From a virus: a stretch of 37,412 nt of DNA. Positions 13,661-22,664 of this stretch are shown here, piece by piece. A program made the translations under genes and the position numbers. The stretch lies in IMG/VR virus record IMGVR_UViG_3300020147_000020, positions 1 to 37,412 of that record; one strand, given 5' to 3'. The stretch's first letter is position 1. Each line of letters starts with the position of its first letter. The notes under the pieces were generated by a model. It had not been told where the DNA came from. It saw nothing but the letters and a program-made list of their open reading frames with translations, and did no database searches.

Positions 13661-14947
13661 ATGATTACAAAGCCTAGTGAAACAAACTTGCGATCACTCA
13701 TTAGTCCGGTTCAGCTCGGCAAGACGGATAATGTGGTTGGTACTATCTTCAGCAAGCAAATCATGTCATACGGTACATGGATTAATCCAAACTGGTGGTG
13801 GGATGAAGAACTCACCATGGAACTCGACGAAGGCCTAGCCGACGCTATGATTGACAACTTTAACAAAAAGACGTACGGAAAGAAAATATCCGTGCCGCTT
13901 AATCATACTGGTGATGTTACCGCTAATGTCGGCGAAGTTATGAAGTTAGAGAAGCGACCTGGTGGTCTTTGGGCCTACCTAGATATTCGCGACGAGGTCG
14001 CCGTTAAGAAAATTAACGATGGACTTATATTTGACGTTAGCATGGGGTTCGATTGGGATTATGTGAGCCAAAAGGACGGCAAGCATTACGGCCCTACCCT
14101 CATCCATGTCGCCCTTGTGACTGACCCATACCTGAATGATATGGATGATTTCGAGCTGGCCGACAACGCTGCTCTGTCTCGAAGGTTTGAAGAGTATGCC
14201 CTAAATACTGGATTTGGCAAATCTCAGCCAAGCATTATAATGATGAGTAAGGATAAAGTAGAGGAGTTAAAGCGTATGAAGTTCGCTAAAGTCACTAACG
14301 ATAAGGACTACCCAGTAGAGGTTACTTACACCGACGCTGATGGTAAAGAGCAAAAGCAAGTGCTTGAAGCTGGTGCTGAGGTTGAGGTATCTACCGAGCA
14401 AGAACAGGCCGTGAAAGATCAGATCGCCAGCGCAGAGAAAGCAGTCGAAGGGAAAGAAGAAACTGAAGAAGAGCGTCAGGCTCGGGAAGCTGAAGAAGCT
14501 AAAGCTCGCGAAGAAGAAATTGCAAAAGACAATAAAGAGCAGGAAAAAGCAAACGAAGAGTTGTCAAAAGCTAAGGCAGAGCTTGCAGAGCTGAAGGCTG
14601 AGAAGGCTTACAATGAGCTTCTCTCTAAGGGTAAGATCGTTCCAGCTCAGAAGGATTTGTTCCTAAGCATCGCACGACTAGGTGAAATGCAGCTGTCTTC
14701 TGACGTTAAGGCACTAAAGTTGTCTAAGGGTCAAAACACTAGCTTAATCACTATGCTTTCTGCTATTCTGGAAGCAGGACCACAGGTTGTAAAACTTGGA
14801 GAACAAGGTGGGGACAGCAAGGACGAGGAAAAAGTCGAACTTAGCAAAGAGCAAGAAGCCAAGCTTAAGCGGATGGGCTTCAACCTTAACACAATCAAGA
14901 AACAACTTGCAGCCGGTAAATTAACCCTATCAGAGGAGAACGAATAG
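13661..14947 (+). CDS. Mu gpI-like prohead protease / scaffolding fusion
   Basis: The N-terminal region (VPLNHTGD...GGLWAYLDIRD...FDVSMGF) resembles Mu-like_Pro. The C-terminal half is an E/K/A-rich coiled coil typical of scaffolds. Confidence 0.75.
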   Translation: MITKPSETNLRSLISPVQLGKTDNVVGTIFSKQIMSYGTWINPNWWWDEELTMELDEGLADAMIDNFNKKTYGKKISVPLNHTGDVTANVGEVMKLEKRPGGLWAYLDIRDEVAVKKINDGLIFDVSMGFDWDYVSQKDGKHYGPTLIHVALVTDPYLNDMDDFELADNAALSRRFEEYALNTGFGKSQPSIIMMSKDKVEELKRMKFAKVTNDKDYPVEVTYTDADGKEQKQVLEAGAEVEVSTEQEQAVKDQIASAEKAVEGKEETEEERQAREAEEAKAREEEIAKDNKEQEKANEELSKAKAELAELKAEKAYNELLSKGKIVPAQKDLFLSIARLGEMQLSSDVKALKLSKGQNTSLITMLSAILEAGPQVVKLGEQGGDSKDEEKVELSKEQEAKLKRMGFNLNTIKKQLAAGKLTLSEENE

Positions 14948-14948
14948 T

Positions 14949-15359
14949 ATGGCTAACTTAACAGCCCCTCGTGCTATCCAACGCGGTCAGGGCCACATTC
15001 GCCCATATGCACTCGCTGGCAGCACAACCGTATTACAAGGCGCTCTTGTCGCCGTTGGCTCGTCTGGCTTCGCCACCAATGCAGCCGATACCGCCAACCT
15101 TAAGTTTGTTGGCGTAGCTGACAAAACATCGCGAAATACTGCTGGTAACGGCGCTAAAAAAGTTCGCGTATGGGCTAACGGTGTTATTGATCTAGCTTGC
15201 ACCGGCGCAACCCAAGCTTGGGTTGGTCAAAAAGTGTATGCTGTTGACAACCAAACTGTAGCATTGGCTGCTACTACTACGAATGACGTATTGGTCGGTG
15301 TCGTCACTGAATTCGTAAGCGCAACTAAAGTATTCGTAGCTCTTACGCCTGACGCGTAA
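14949..15359 (+). CDS. DUF2190-type head decoration/cement protein
   Basis: 136 aa, Gly/Ala/Val-rich beta protein located directly before the major capsid gene, matching the DUF2190 pattern. Confidence 0.7.
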   Translation: MANLTAPRAIQRGQGHIRPYALAGSTTVLQGALVAVGSSGFATNAADTANLKFVGVADKTSRNTAGNGAKKVRVWANGVIDLACTGATQAWVGQKVYAVDNQTVALAATTTNDVLVGVVTEFVSATKVFVALTPDA

Positions 15360-15385
15360 TCTATATAAGAACGGAGATAAACTAA

Positions 15386-16303
15386 ATGTTAGACGATTTA
15401 TTTGTAAAAGGCCTGCTAGCGGAGTACCAAGAAGCTTACGACCAGTACACTGCTGATACTTCAGACATCATGATGGAAGTCCAGAGCACCACGCAAACCG
15501 AAAACTTTGCTTGGCTTGGTTCTGTTCCTCGTATGCGCGTCTTCGATGGTGAACGCAAGCCCGTACAGCTCGGTGCCTACAAGTACGCCATCGATAACGA
15601 AGAGTACGAAGCTTCAATGGCCATCGACCTTAAAGACGTTGATGATGATCAAACTGGTAAATATGCTATTTTGGCTGGTCAGATCGGCCAGGCTTCCGCT
15701 AGCTTCCCTGAAGAATTGCTCTACAGCCAAATTCTTCCTGGCGGCTTTAGCGGTCTAGCTTACGATGGTCAATTCTTCTTTGACACCGACCACTCAGTAG
15801 GCGCTAGCGGTAACCAATCTAACTTGCTAACCGATAAGCTTGGTCCAACCTCGTTTGATGCAGCCGTAAGTATGTTCTACAACTTCAAAGACGACCAAGG
15901 CCGACCACTGAACACTAGCCTTCGCCTCAAACTGATCGTTCCTGTGGCACTGCGCGCAACAGCTCGCAACCTGATTCAGAAAGAACGGCTTGCTGACGGT
16001 TCTGACAACCCTAACTACCAAGCAGCAGAAGTACAAGTTAACCCATGGCTAACCGACCCTAACGCATGGTACCTTATCAACACTGAAGGCACCGTTAAGC
16101 CATTTGTTAAGCTTAATCGCAAGTACGAACCACTTTCTGTTCTTGGCCACTTGCCAAACGCTGCAAGCGTTATTAACCAGGCTGAGTCTGAGTTTATGCG
16201 ACGTAAGGTGTACACTGGTACCTACTGGCGCGGTGCTGTAGGTTACGGCCTCTTCCAAAAAGCCGTAGCATCAACTGGCGCTACCGGTACACTTGGAACC
16301 TAG
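15386..16303 (+). CDS. major capsid protein, Mu gpT-like
   Basis: FAWLGSVPRMRVFDGERKP...YAIDNEEYEASMAI...YDGQFFFDTDH matches the Mu gpT-family signature blocks. Confidence 0.85.
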   Translation: MLDDLFVKGLLAEYQEAYDQYTADTSDIMMEVQSTTQTENFAWLGSVPRMRVFDGERKPVQLGAYKYAIDNEEYEASMAIDLKDVDDDQTGKYAILAGQIGQASASFPEELLYSQILPGGFSGLAYDGQFFFDTDHSVGASGNQSNLLTDKLGPTSFDAAVSMFYNFKDDQGRPLNTSLRLKLIVPVALRATARNLIQKERLADGSDNPNYQAAEVQVNPWLTDPNAWYLINTEGTVKPFVKLNRKYEPLSVLGHLPNAASVINQAESEFMRRKVYTGTYWRGAVGYGLFQKAVASTGATGTLGT

Positions 16304-16356
16304 TAACACTAAGGGTAGCGGCCTAACAGCCGCTACCTATTTTAGCGAGGTATAAC

Positions 16357-16752
16357 ATGAGCAAAGAATACAAAGTACGATTGATTAAAGGCTTCCAGCT
16401 ACCACAGGGACACCGACGAGCTGGTTATCAGTTCCTGCCTGGTCAAGCACAAACGGTTGAGCTTGACGACAGCCAAAAAGAATTGATTGATAAAGATCCA
16501 GTTTTAGAGTTCCTAGACGGCGACTCTGACGTTAAAACCGTGAACACACATGAAGATACCCATTCGGCCCAAAGTGAGCATGAGGGCAGCCAGAAGCAGC
16601 CTGTGCGAGCGTATGAGGGTGAAGCTAACGAGAATCTAATGTCACTCAACCGTGACCAGCTAAACACTCGGGCGAAAGAGCTTGGTGTTGAAAGCCCTGA
16701 GAAGCTTGGTAGCAAGCAAGAAGTAATCGACGCAATTCAGAACAAGGAGTAG
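16357..16752 (+). CDS. acidic protein with a C-terminal Rho_N/SAP-like helix-extension-helix motif
   Basis: Contains LNRDQLNTRAKELGVESPEKLGSKQEVIDAI. Such motifs are common in head-module accessory proteins. Confidence 0.65.
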   Translation: MSKEYKVRLIKGFQLPQGHRRAGYQFLPGQAQTVELDDSQKELIDKDPVLEFLDGDSDVKTVNTHEDTHSAQSEHEGSQKQPVRAYEGEANENLMSLNRDQLNTRAKELGVESPEKLGSKQEVIDAIQNKE

Positions 16753-16755
16753 TAT

Positions 16756-17439
16756 ATGGCATACGCAGGCGTTCAAGCCATCCGCGAAGCCGCAGGTTTG
16801 ATGAAGCGTGCCCAAAACGAAACCCCACAAGGCGCGGTAGACGGCATCAACCGCGCCTTTGTCGTTGACCGGCGGCCTATCATCGACTCAAACCATGACG
16901 GAGAGGTAGATAGCTACGACGTACTTGTATACGTCAATGGAGTTGCTGTTGATGTTGAGAGTGTGGACGCCCGAACGGGTACTATCACTTTAGAAACCGC
17001 ACCAGCTGTGAATGCTGAGGTTCTAGTCGATTACTGTTTTGGGCCGCTTGATGACGACTACATAGCAGGTAAAAGCGAAGAAGCCGATAGCTGGATTAAA
17101 TCTAAGCTTCGTGGAGTAGTTGATTTACCACTTAGAGAAACGCCTGGAGTTATTGAGACGGTAGCAGAACTCTATGCCGCCGGCTTGATACTAGTACGTG
17201 ATGTTGGCGATAACGTTGATACTGAACTTACATCTAAGGATGGAGCAGCTAAAATTACTCTCGCGCGCTCTTTGCTGGATGATTATATTCAAGGTATAAA
17301 AAACGAAAAACAAGCAAGCGAAGGTAATACCAACAATACACTTGCTGTTGCAAGCGACCCTAACGCGTTTGGCCGTTACATGCGCGATGAGTACTATGAC
17401 GAAGAAGACTGGTTTATGAGACGGCATGGCGGGTGTTAA
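16756..17439 (+). CDS. head-tail connector/adaptor candidate with an EF-hand-like Ca loop
   Basis: The call rests on position after the capsid gene. The loop DSNHDGEVDSYD (16885-16920) is present. Confidence 0.6.
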   Translation: MAYAGVQAIREAAGLMKRAQNETPQGAVDGINRAFVVDRRPIIDSNHDGEVDSYDVLVYVNGVAVDVESVDARTGTITLETAPAVNAEVLVDYCFGPLDDDYIAGKSEEADSWIKSKLRGVVDLPLRETPGVIETVAELYAAGLILVRDVGDNVDTELTSKDGAAKITLARSLLDDYIQGIKNEKQASEGNTNNTLAVASDPNAFGRYMRDEYYDEEDWFMRRHGGC

Positions 17440-17872
17440 CCTACAAGTAACTATTGAGGGAGAAAAGCAGGTAAGCAGGCGCCTGCTTATTCTTGTTGAT
17501 GGTGTTACCAACTACACCGAGCCACTCTACAAGATAAACGGCGAGCTACATAAAACGTTTCAGATGAACTTCAGCCAGAGAGGCTCATTATTCGGTGGTT
17601 GGGCGCCGAGGAAGCCTCAATTCAGGCAGGGCGTTCGTGTCGATACGTGGCCACTACTTCAGAAGACAGGAGGCATGAGAAAGTCATTTAGAAGCACTCT
17701 TGGAAGCGAAGAGCTTGTTATAAGAAACGTAAGCCCACACTTTAAATACCACCAAAGTAACAAACCGAGGCGTCGTCTACCGCGCCGTGTTATGATGAAG
17801 ATTGATAAAGAACGAAAAGATTTTATTGTTAAGGCTTTCCAGGAATACTTAGTTAGCCTGACGAGGAGATAG
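17426..17872 (+). CDS. virion morphogenesis / head-tail joining protein (Mu gpG-like)
   Basis: The call rests on size, position and a pattern resembling the Phage_tail_S/gpG family (...GGWAPRKP...LLQKTGGMRKSF...). Confidence 0.6.
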   Translation: MAGVNLQVTIEGEKQVSRRLLILVDGVTNYTEPLYKINGELHKTFQMNFSQRGSLFGGWAPRKPQFRQGVRVDTWPLLQKTGGMRKSFRSTLGSEELVIRNVSPHFKYHQSNKPRRRLPRRVMMKIDKERKDFIVKAFQEYLVSLTRR

Positions 17873-17874
17873 GA

Positions 17875-18393
17875 ATGATACAAAGAGGGAATAGGCTGTA
17901 TAAGGACCCGATCATTCAAAAAGTGATTGACGTTTTGAATGAAAAAGGACCTAGTAAGTTACGCAATCGGTATATTAATGGTAATATCCTTATCCCCAAG
18001 CAGTCAGAGCTGCCAGTCTGCTATATCACGAAGGATACTATATCTAAGCAGCCAGCCGACAATATGGAGGATGAACACCTGCAAAATTTGGTTGCCACTA
18101 TTATCCTTGACATGACCAATGACCTTAATCAGATATACAATATGGTATCGGGCGATTCAGAACTGTACGAGCTGTGCGAAGCGAGAGACTACGAGACATA
18201 CGAGCTAAAGCCTGACACCATCCTATCTGTTTTAAGCAGTGTGCAACAGATCGATAACAACTTCTGGATTGGGCTTGGCTCGCCAGTTGAGATAAATTAT
18301 GGCCTTGGTATTGAAAGGCGCGGACCGGGCATCTTTTCTGTCGAAGCGACTATTCGATTTACCGCACGGCTACACCTATCGGTGCCACAGTAG
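17875..18393 (+). CDS. neck/tail terminator candidate
   Basis: 172-aa ORF lying between the head-completion genes and the major tail gene. Confidence 0.55.
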   Translation: MIQRGNRLYKDPIIQKVIDVLNEKGPSKLRNRYINGNILIPKQSELPVCYITKDTISKQPADNMEDEHLQNLVATIILDMTNDLNQIYNMVSGDSELYELCEARDYETYELKPDTILSVLSSVQQIDNNFWIGLGSPVEINYGLGIERRGPGIFSVEATIRFTARLHLSVPQ

Positions 18394-18437
18394 AATTGTA
18401 ATTCTGTTAATGGTAATATCAATATAAGGAGTAAATT

Positions 18438-18590
18438 ATGGCAGAAGCAAAGAATAAATCAAGTGATGGTGAAGCTCAGCTATCAAGCTTTTATTTCCCT
18501 GTTCAGAATAGGGTAATTGAAGCTGAGAGCTATGAGAAAGCAGTCGAAAAGCTTGAAGCCGAGCAAAAGAAGGATGAGGAGGATAAATAA
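18438..18590 (+). CDS. small acidic protein (50 aa)
   Basis: AAGGAG lies 6 nt upstream. Translation: MAEAKNKSSDGEAQLSSFYFPVQNRVIEAESYEKAVEKLEAEQKKDEEDK. It falls below the track cutoff. Confidence 0.5.
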   Translation: MAEAKNKSSDGEAQLSSFYFPVQNRVIEAESYEKAVEKLEAEQKKDEEDK

Positions 18591-18592
18591 AC

Positions 18593-19582
18593 ATGCCACG
18601 AATTATCGGGCGCCTAACTAAGATTGGCATCGGCAAAGAGACCGTAAGAGGTACTGCTGTCGCCCCTACCTACTGGGTTCCGGTCCGGGAACTTGACTTT
18701 GATGATCAGACAGAATTGACCAGCAACGAATCAGGATACGGCAATATAGTTGATACTCAAGATCAACGAATTACTAAAACGTGGGGCGAAGGAAGCTACG
18801 GCGGTAAGATATTTGATCGCTCGGTTGGACTTGAACTTACAGGAGTTTTCGGCCAGTCGCCAACCAGTGTACAGCGCGCATCGAGCGGTGTATACGATCA
18901 TACTTACACTATGGCGAATAACAACAATCATCAATCACTGACCGTTGCTGTTGCTGAAGACAACTACAGCGGGCGCTTCCCACTTGGGGTTGTCAATACC
19001 TGGACGCTTGAGGCTGAGCTTGGTGATTACGTTCGTCGCACCATGTCGCTCATCACCAAGAAGAGCGCCTCATCAACTGAAACTCCAGCGTATACGGACG
19101 AAGTAGAGTTCATTCCTAAGCACATGTCGGTAAAATTTGCCGCTGCTGGAGCCAATGATGCAACACTTACCGCCGCTACTGCTGCTAAAGTACGCGCTTT
19201 TACTCTCGAAATTAACAAGAATGCCGTCGATAACCAGGTTTTTGGCAGTACAGACCTAGACAATGTCGTCAACCGGCAAGTTAGCATCTCTGGCAGTTTT
19301 GAAGTCTACTACGATGACCGAACCTACCATACGTTAGCTGCTAACGCTACCTTCCAATCGATTCGCGTTGAGATGCTTAATACTGACGTGACAATCGGCA
19401 CAAGCCACAACCCAGCGCTGCGCTTTGACCTGTCGAACGTATCGCTTGCATGGCCAGAAAGAGGATTTGATAATAACGATATCACTACCTTAACTGTAAA
19501 TTATACTGGTATGCTAAACATCGCAACTGGCTCAGCTATCACGGCTCGATTGACCAACGCTTTTGCGGGTACTAACTACTAG
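18593..19582 (+). CDS. major tail (tube) protein
   Basis: 329 aa, located immediately upstream of the chaperone G/GT pair and the tape measure gene. No sheath-sized gene is present. Confidence 0.7.
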   Translation: MPRIIGRLTKIGIGKETVRGTAVAPTYWVPVRELDFDDQTELTSNESGYGNIVDTQDQRITKTWGEGSYGGKIFDRSVGLELTGVFGQSPTSVQRASSGVYDHTYTMANNNNHQSLTVAVAEDNYSGRFPLGVVNTWTLEAELGDYVRRTMSLITKKSASSTETPAYTDEVEFIPKHMSVKFAAAGANDATLTAATAAKVRAFTLEINKNAVDNQVFGSTDLDNVVNRQVSISGSFEVYYDDRTYHTLAANATFQSIRVEMLNTDVTIGTSHNPALRFDLSNVSLAWPERGFDNNDITTLTVNYTGMLNIATGSAITARLTNAFAGTNY

Positions 19583-19605
19583 AATGAAACAAAGGAGACA
19601 TAAAA

Positions 19606-20004
19606 ATGACTAAATTTTCGACAGACAATGTGACAATTACTTTGCCGATATCAGGCAAAGAGGTTGTGCTGCGAGGATTCGTGACTAAGCGAATGGAGGT
19701 AGCCACTTCTTCTGTATTCATGAAGCACTCGAAGGTCGACTTAACTCAGGCCATGAAGGGGGATAGCAGTGGTATCGACATGATATCTCTGAACGACCTG
19801 CCGGGCACCGCCATTACAGAGCTGACAGAGACGACCATTACAAACTTTGTTATTAGCCTTGACGGCAATGACTTTGGCGGGAACAAAGAAGATATTCTAA
19901 ACGCCTGCTACGAGTTGCCTAGCAAAGACTTTGACGCTATTACCGATAAGTGCCATGTGATAACAAAGGGGACGTCATTTGACGAGGAAAAAAAGCGGCC
20001 TTAG
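19606..20004 (+). CDS. tail assembly chaperone (G-like, zero-frame product)
   Basis: The call rests on position before the tape measure gene. It ends just after the slippery heptamer. Confidence 0.8.
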   Translation: MTKFSTDNVTITLPISGKEVVLRGFVTKRMEVATSSVFMKHSKVDLTQAMKGDSSGIDMISLNDLPGTAITELTETTITNFVISLDGNDFGGNKEDILNACYELPSKDFDAITDKCHVITKGTSFDEEKKRP

Positions 20005-20192
20005 CAGTTAACTACGCTCGGAGTTTAGCTAAGGCAGGTGGTGGCCGAGTTGATAAGGAGATATACATAACAATCATATGCGAGCACATGAAGTGGACTT
20101 ACGATCAATACCTAGACCAACCTTCATGGTTTATCGACTCAATATACACCAAGATGTACGAAGACAACGTATTCAACTCAAAGAGCAAGTAA
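19606..20192 (+). CDS. tail assembly chaperone GT-like product via -1 programmed frameshift
   Basis: A_AAA_AAG at 19989-19995. The -1 frame is open from 19995 to TAA 20190-20192 (65 codons) and ends 13 nt before the tape measure start. Confidence 0.75.
19989..19995 (+). promoter_or_regulatory. Slippery heptamer A_AAA_AAG
   Basis: The zero-frame codons are GAA AAA AAG, a canonical X_XXY_YYZ site. Confidence 0.75.
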
Positions 20193-20205
20193 AGGTTAAT
20201 AATAG

Positions 20206-22320
20206 ATGCAGTCAGACTCAACCCTTAAGCTAGTCATATCGGCACGCGACGCAGCCTCTGCATCTGTTAAGAATTTCCAAAAGAACTTTCAGAACGCGAC
20301 TAATAATATACAAAGCGATGTCGTCTCCGTAGGAAGGCGCACAGAGTCTCTATCAACCTCCTTCCGATCATTTGCGGATACGGCAAGTGGTGAGTTCGAT
20401 CGGGTATCAAGTGGCATTGCACGGTTCGGTGCTGTGGCTGGGGCGGCGCTGCTTGGAGGCACGATAGGCATTGCTGGATTCGTGAAAGAAGCCAGCCAGC
20501 TTCAAAGTATCCGGGCATCGTTTGAGTCGATGACGGGTTCAGCCCAGCAAGCGGCTGAGGTGCTAGAGCAGTTAAACAAGTTTAGCTTTAACACTGCATT
20601 CTCGTCGGATGCTATTAATAGTGCAGCTAGGACTCTTCTAGGCGCTGGATTAGCCGTGAAGGACCTAGGAGAGGTATTGGCCAATATCGGCGACGTAGCG
20701 GGCGCTACAGGCGCTGATTTGGGCCGTTTAACGCTTCCTCTGTCACAGGCCCTAGCAAGGGGAAAAGTACAGACTGAAGACTTTTATCAGATTCTTGACT
20801 CGGGTGCTGGTAAGCTGGGCCAGGTGCTACGCGAAGAGGTTGCCAAAAGAGGCATGGGAGAACTCACTAAGGCCATGTCAGACGGTCTAGTGACTTCTGA
20901 GCTGCTCTTCGATGTTATACGGAAGTCGGCGGATGAGGGGGGGTTCGCCTTTCAGGGAGCAATTAAGCAGTCAAAAACTTTCGACGGCCAGATGTCAAAC
21001 CTCAGCGAGACTATTAGCAACGTCGCTCTTGAGGTACTGGGCGTCAACAAAGCGACTGGCGATATTGACCCTAACGGTACATTTAGCATGATGAGTAACG
21101 CTGTCCGTGATGCTACAAAGTGGCTTAGCGATAACAAGAACGCAATCAGAGACGTAGCTAAGGTGATACTTGATAACGCCATTCCTGTCGTTACCGCTCT
21201 TGGTGCGGCATTCTTAGCGGCAAAAGTAGCGGCAATCGGTTTTTCAATAGCTGTTAGTGCTAATCCAATAGGCTTGATAGTAGCGGCAATAACGGCTCTT
21301 GTTGGTGGCTTGGTATTTCTCGAACTTAAGACAAAAGCTGTAAGTAACGCTTTTAACTCAGTCAGGCAGGTAGCACAGCCGCTGGTAGACTTCTTTACTG
21401 CAAATATTCTCCCAATACTCACCCAGGTCGGGAATTTCATCGGTAATAACTTTAAGGCCGCCTGGGATGATCTGAGCCAGTCAATCAATATACTTAAAAA
21501 GGAACTTGAGCCATTTAAGCCGCAGTTGGAGATACTTGGTAGGATTATTGGCATCGCCGTAGTCGCGCCTCTCCTAATATTTATAGCGGTAACGGGTACT
21601 TTGATCGCAGCTTTAGGCAGTGCTATATCAATAGTAGCTCGCATTATTGGTTGGTTCTCTCAGTTCCAAGTAGCAGTTATCAGAGCAGCGGGAAGTATGC
21701 TTGATTCATTCAGTAAAGCAATCGGTCAGGTGATAGGCTTCTTTGGTCAGATACAAGGCAAGATACTCGGCGCCCTTGGAGACACCGGAAGAATACTATA
21801 CAACGCTGGAGCTTCGATTATTGATGGCTTCAGGAGAGGTATAGTTGATGCTTTTGAAGGGGTCAAGAAGTTTGTAGGTGGCATAGCCGAGTGGATTAGC
21901 AAAAACAAGGGCCCATTGAGCTACGACCGTGTACTGTTGAAGCCTCATGGTACCGCAATACTTAAAGGGCTAGAAGACGGCATAAAGAAAGAATGGCCGA
22001 GCTTACAATCGCTTGTGACTGGCATAGCGCCCAAGCTGGCAGATAGCTTCACTCGTTCTTCATTAGATGTTCCCGTCAACGCTTCGTCGCCTGGTATTTC
22101 TCCAATCAGTGACCCAAGGGGAGAGCTAATACCTGCCACTTCTTTATCCCCCCAGTCATCGAACAATACTTATAATTACAATGTAAGTGTCACCGTTCAA
22201 AACGACGGAACTAGCTTTACCGAAGCGCAAGCAGTTGACATGGCCCGCAAAATTAGCGATGCGCTTCGCACTCAAGGGCTACCAAGTGTTACACTATCAA
22301 CAATGAGGGCACTACGATAA
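20206..22320 (+). CDS. tape measure protein
   Basis: 704 aa, Ala/Gly/Ile-rich with central hydrophobic segments. It is the longest tail gene and follows the G/GT pair. Confidence 0.85.
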   Translation: MQSDSTLKLVISARDAASASVKNFQKNFQNATNNIQSDVVSVGRRTESLSTSFRSFADTASGEFDRVSSGIARFGAVAGAALLGGTIGIAGFVKEASQLQSIRASFESMTGSAQQAAEVLEQLNKFSFNTAFSSDAINSAARTLLGAGLAVKDLGEVLANIGDVAGATGADLGRLTLPLSQALARGKVQTEDFYQILDSGAGKLGQVLREEVAKRGMGELTKAMSDGLVTSELLFDVIRKSADEGGFAFQGAIKQSKTFDGQMSNLSETISNVALEVLGVNKATGDIDPNGTFSMMSNAVRDATKWLSDNKNAIRDVAKVILDNAIPVVTALGAAFLAAKVAAIGFSIAVSANPIGLIVAAITALVGGLVFLELKTKAVSNAFNSVRQVAQPLVDFFTANILPILTQVGNFIGNNFKAAWDDLSQSINILKKELEPFKPQLEILGRIIGIAVVAPLLIFIAVTGTLIAALGSAISIVARIIGWFSQFQVAVIRAAGSMLDSFSKAIGQVIGFFGQIQGKILGALGDTGRILYNAGASIIDGFRRGIVDAFEGVKKFVGGIAEWISKNKGPLSYDRVLLKPHGTAILKGLEDGIKKEWPSLQSLVTGIAPKLADSFTRSSLDVPVNASSPGISPISDPRGELIPATSLSPQSSNNTYNYNVSVTVQNDGTSFTEAQAVDMARKISDALRTQGLPSVTLSTMRALR

Positions 22321-22664
22321 TGGGACCAATTACACTAAACCTAACAGCTATACCGCAACCAAACACTGTTCGTGAAAACCCTGATCAAGTACAAACTGAT
22401 CAAGTGTCTATTTCAGGCAGCCGACAGCGCGATCGTATGGGTAAAAAGAACAAGGTTGATTTAACGTGGAACTTCCTTACTCGAACCCAGGCTGCTGCGC
22501 TGGTAGAAATGTTTGAAACTGGTACGGTCGTCTACTACAATTCACTTAGCTCAGACCCCACAGGAGAGCTTGCATTCACCGGTCTTGCCACATATGAACA
22601 AGACGCCTACTTGAATAGTGGCGACCCTCTCGTGAGGCTTAGCGCAACAATAGTCGAGGTTTAA
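22320..22664 (+). CDS. distal tail protein candidate
   Basis: The call rests on position directly after the tape measure gene, with a TAATG overlap. Confidence 0.55.
   Translation: MGPITLNLTAIPQPNTVRENPDQVQTDQVSISGSRQRDRMGKKNKVDLTWNFLTRTQAAALVEMFETGTVVYYNSLSSDPTGELAFTGLATYEQDAYLNSGDPLVRLSATIVEV

Noticed and set aside
20952-21644. 230-aa minus-strand ORF inside the tape measure gene. Similar antisense ORFs include 9029-9550, 5816-6220, 6836-7192, 28957-29364 and 30101-30430.
   Set aside because: They are shadow ORFs on the opposite strand of well-supported genes. Their composition is low-complexity and Ser/Ala/Leu-rich. They have no ribosome-binding sites, and they would break the strict strand polarity of the late and early blocks.
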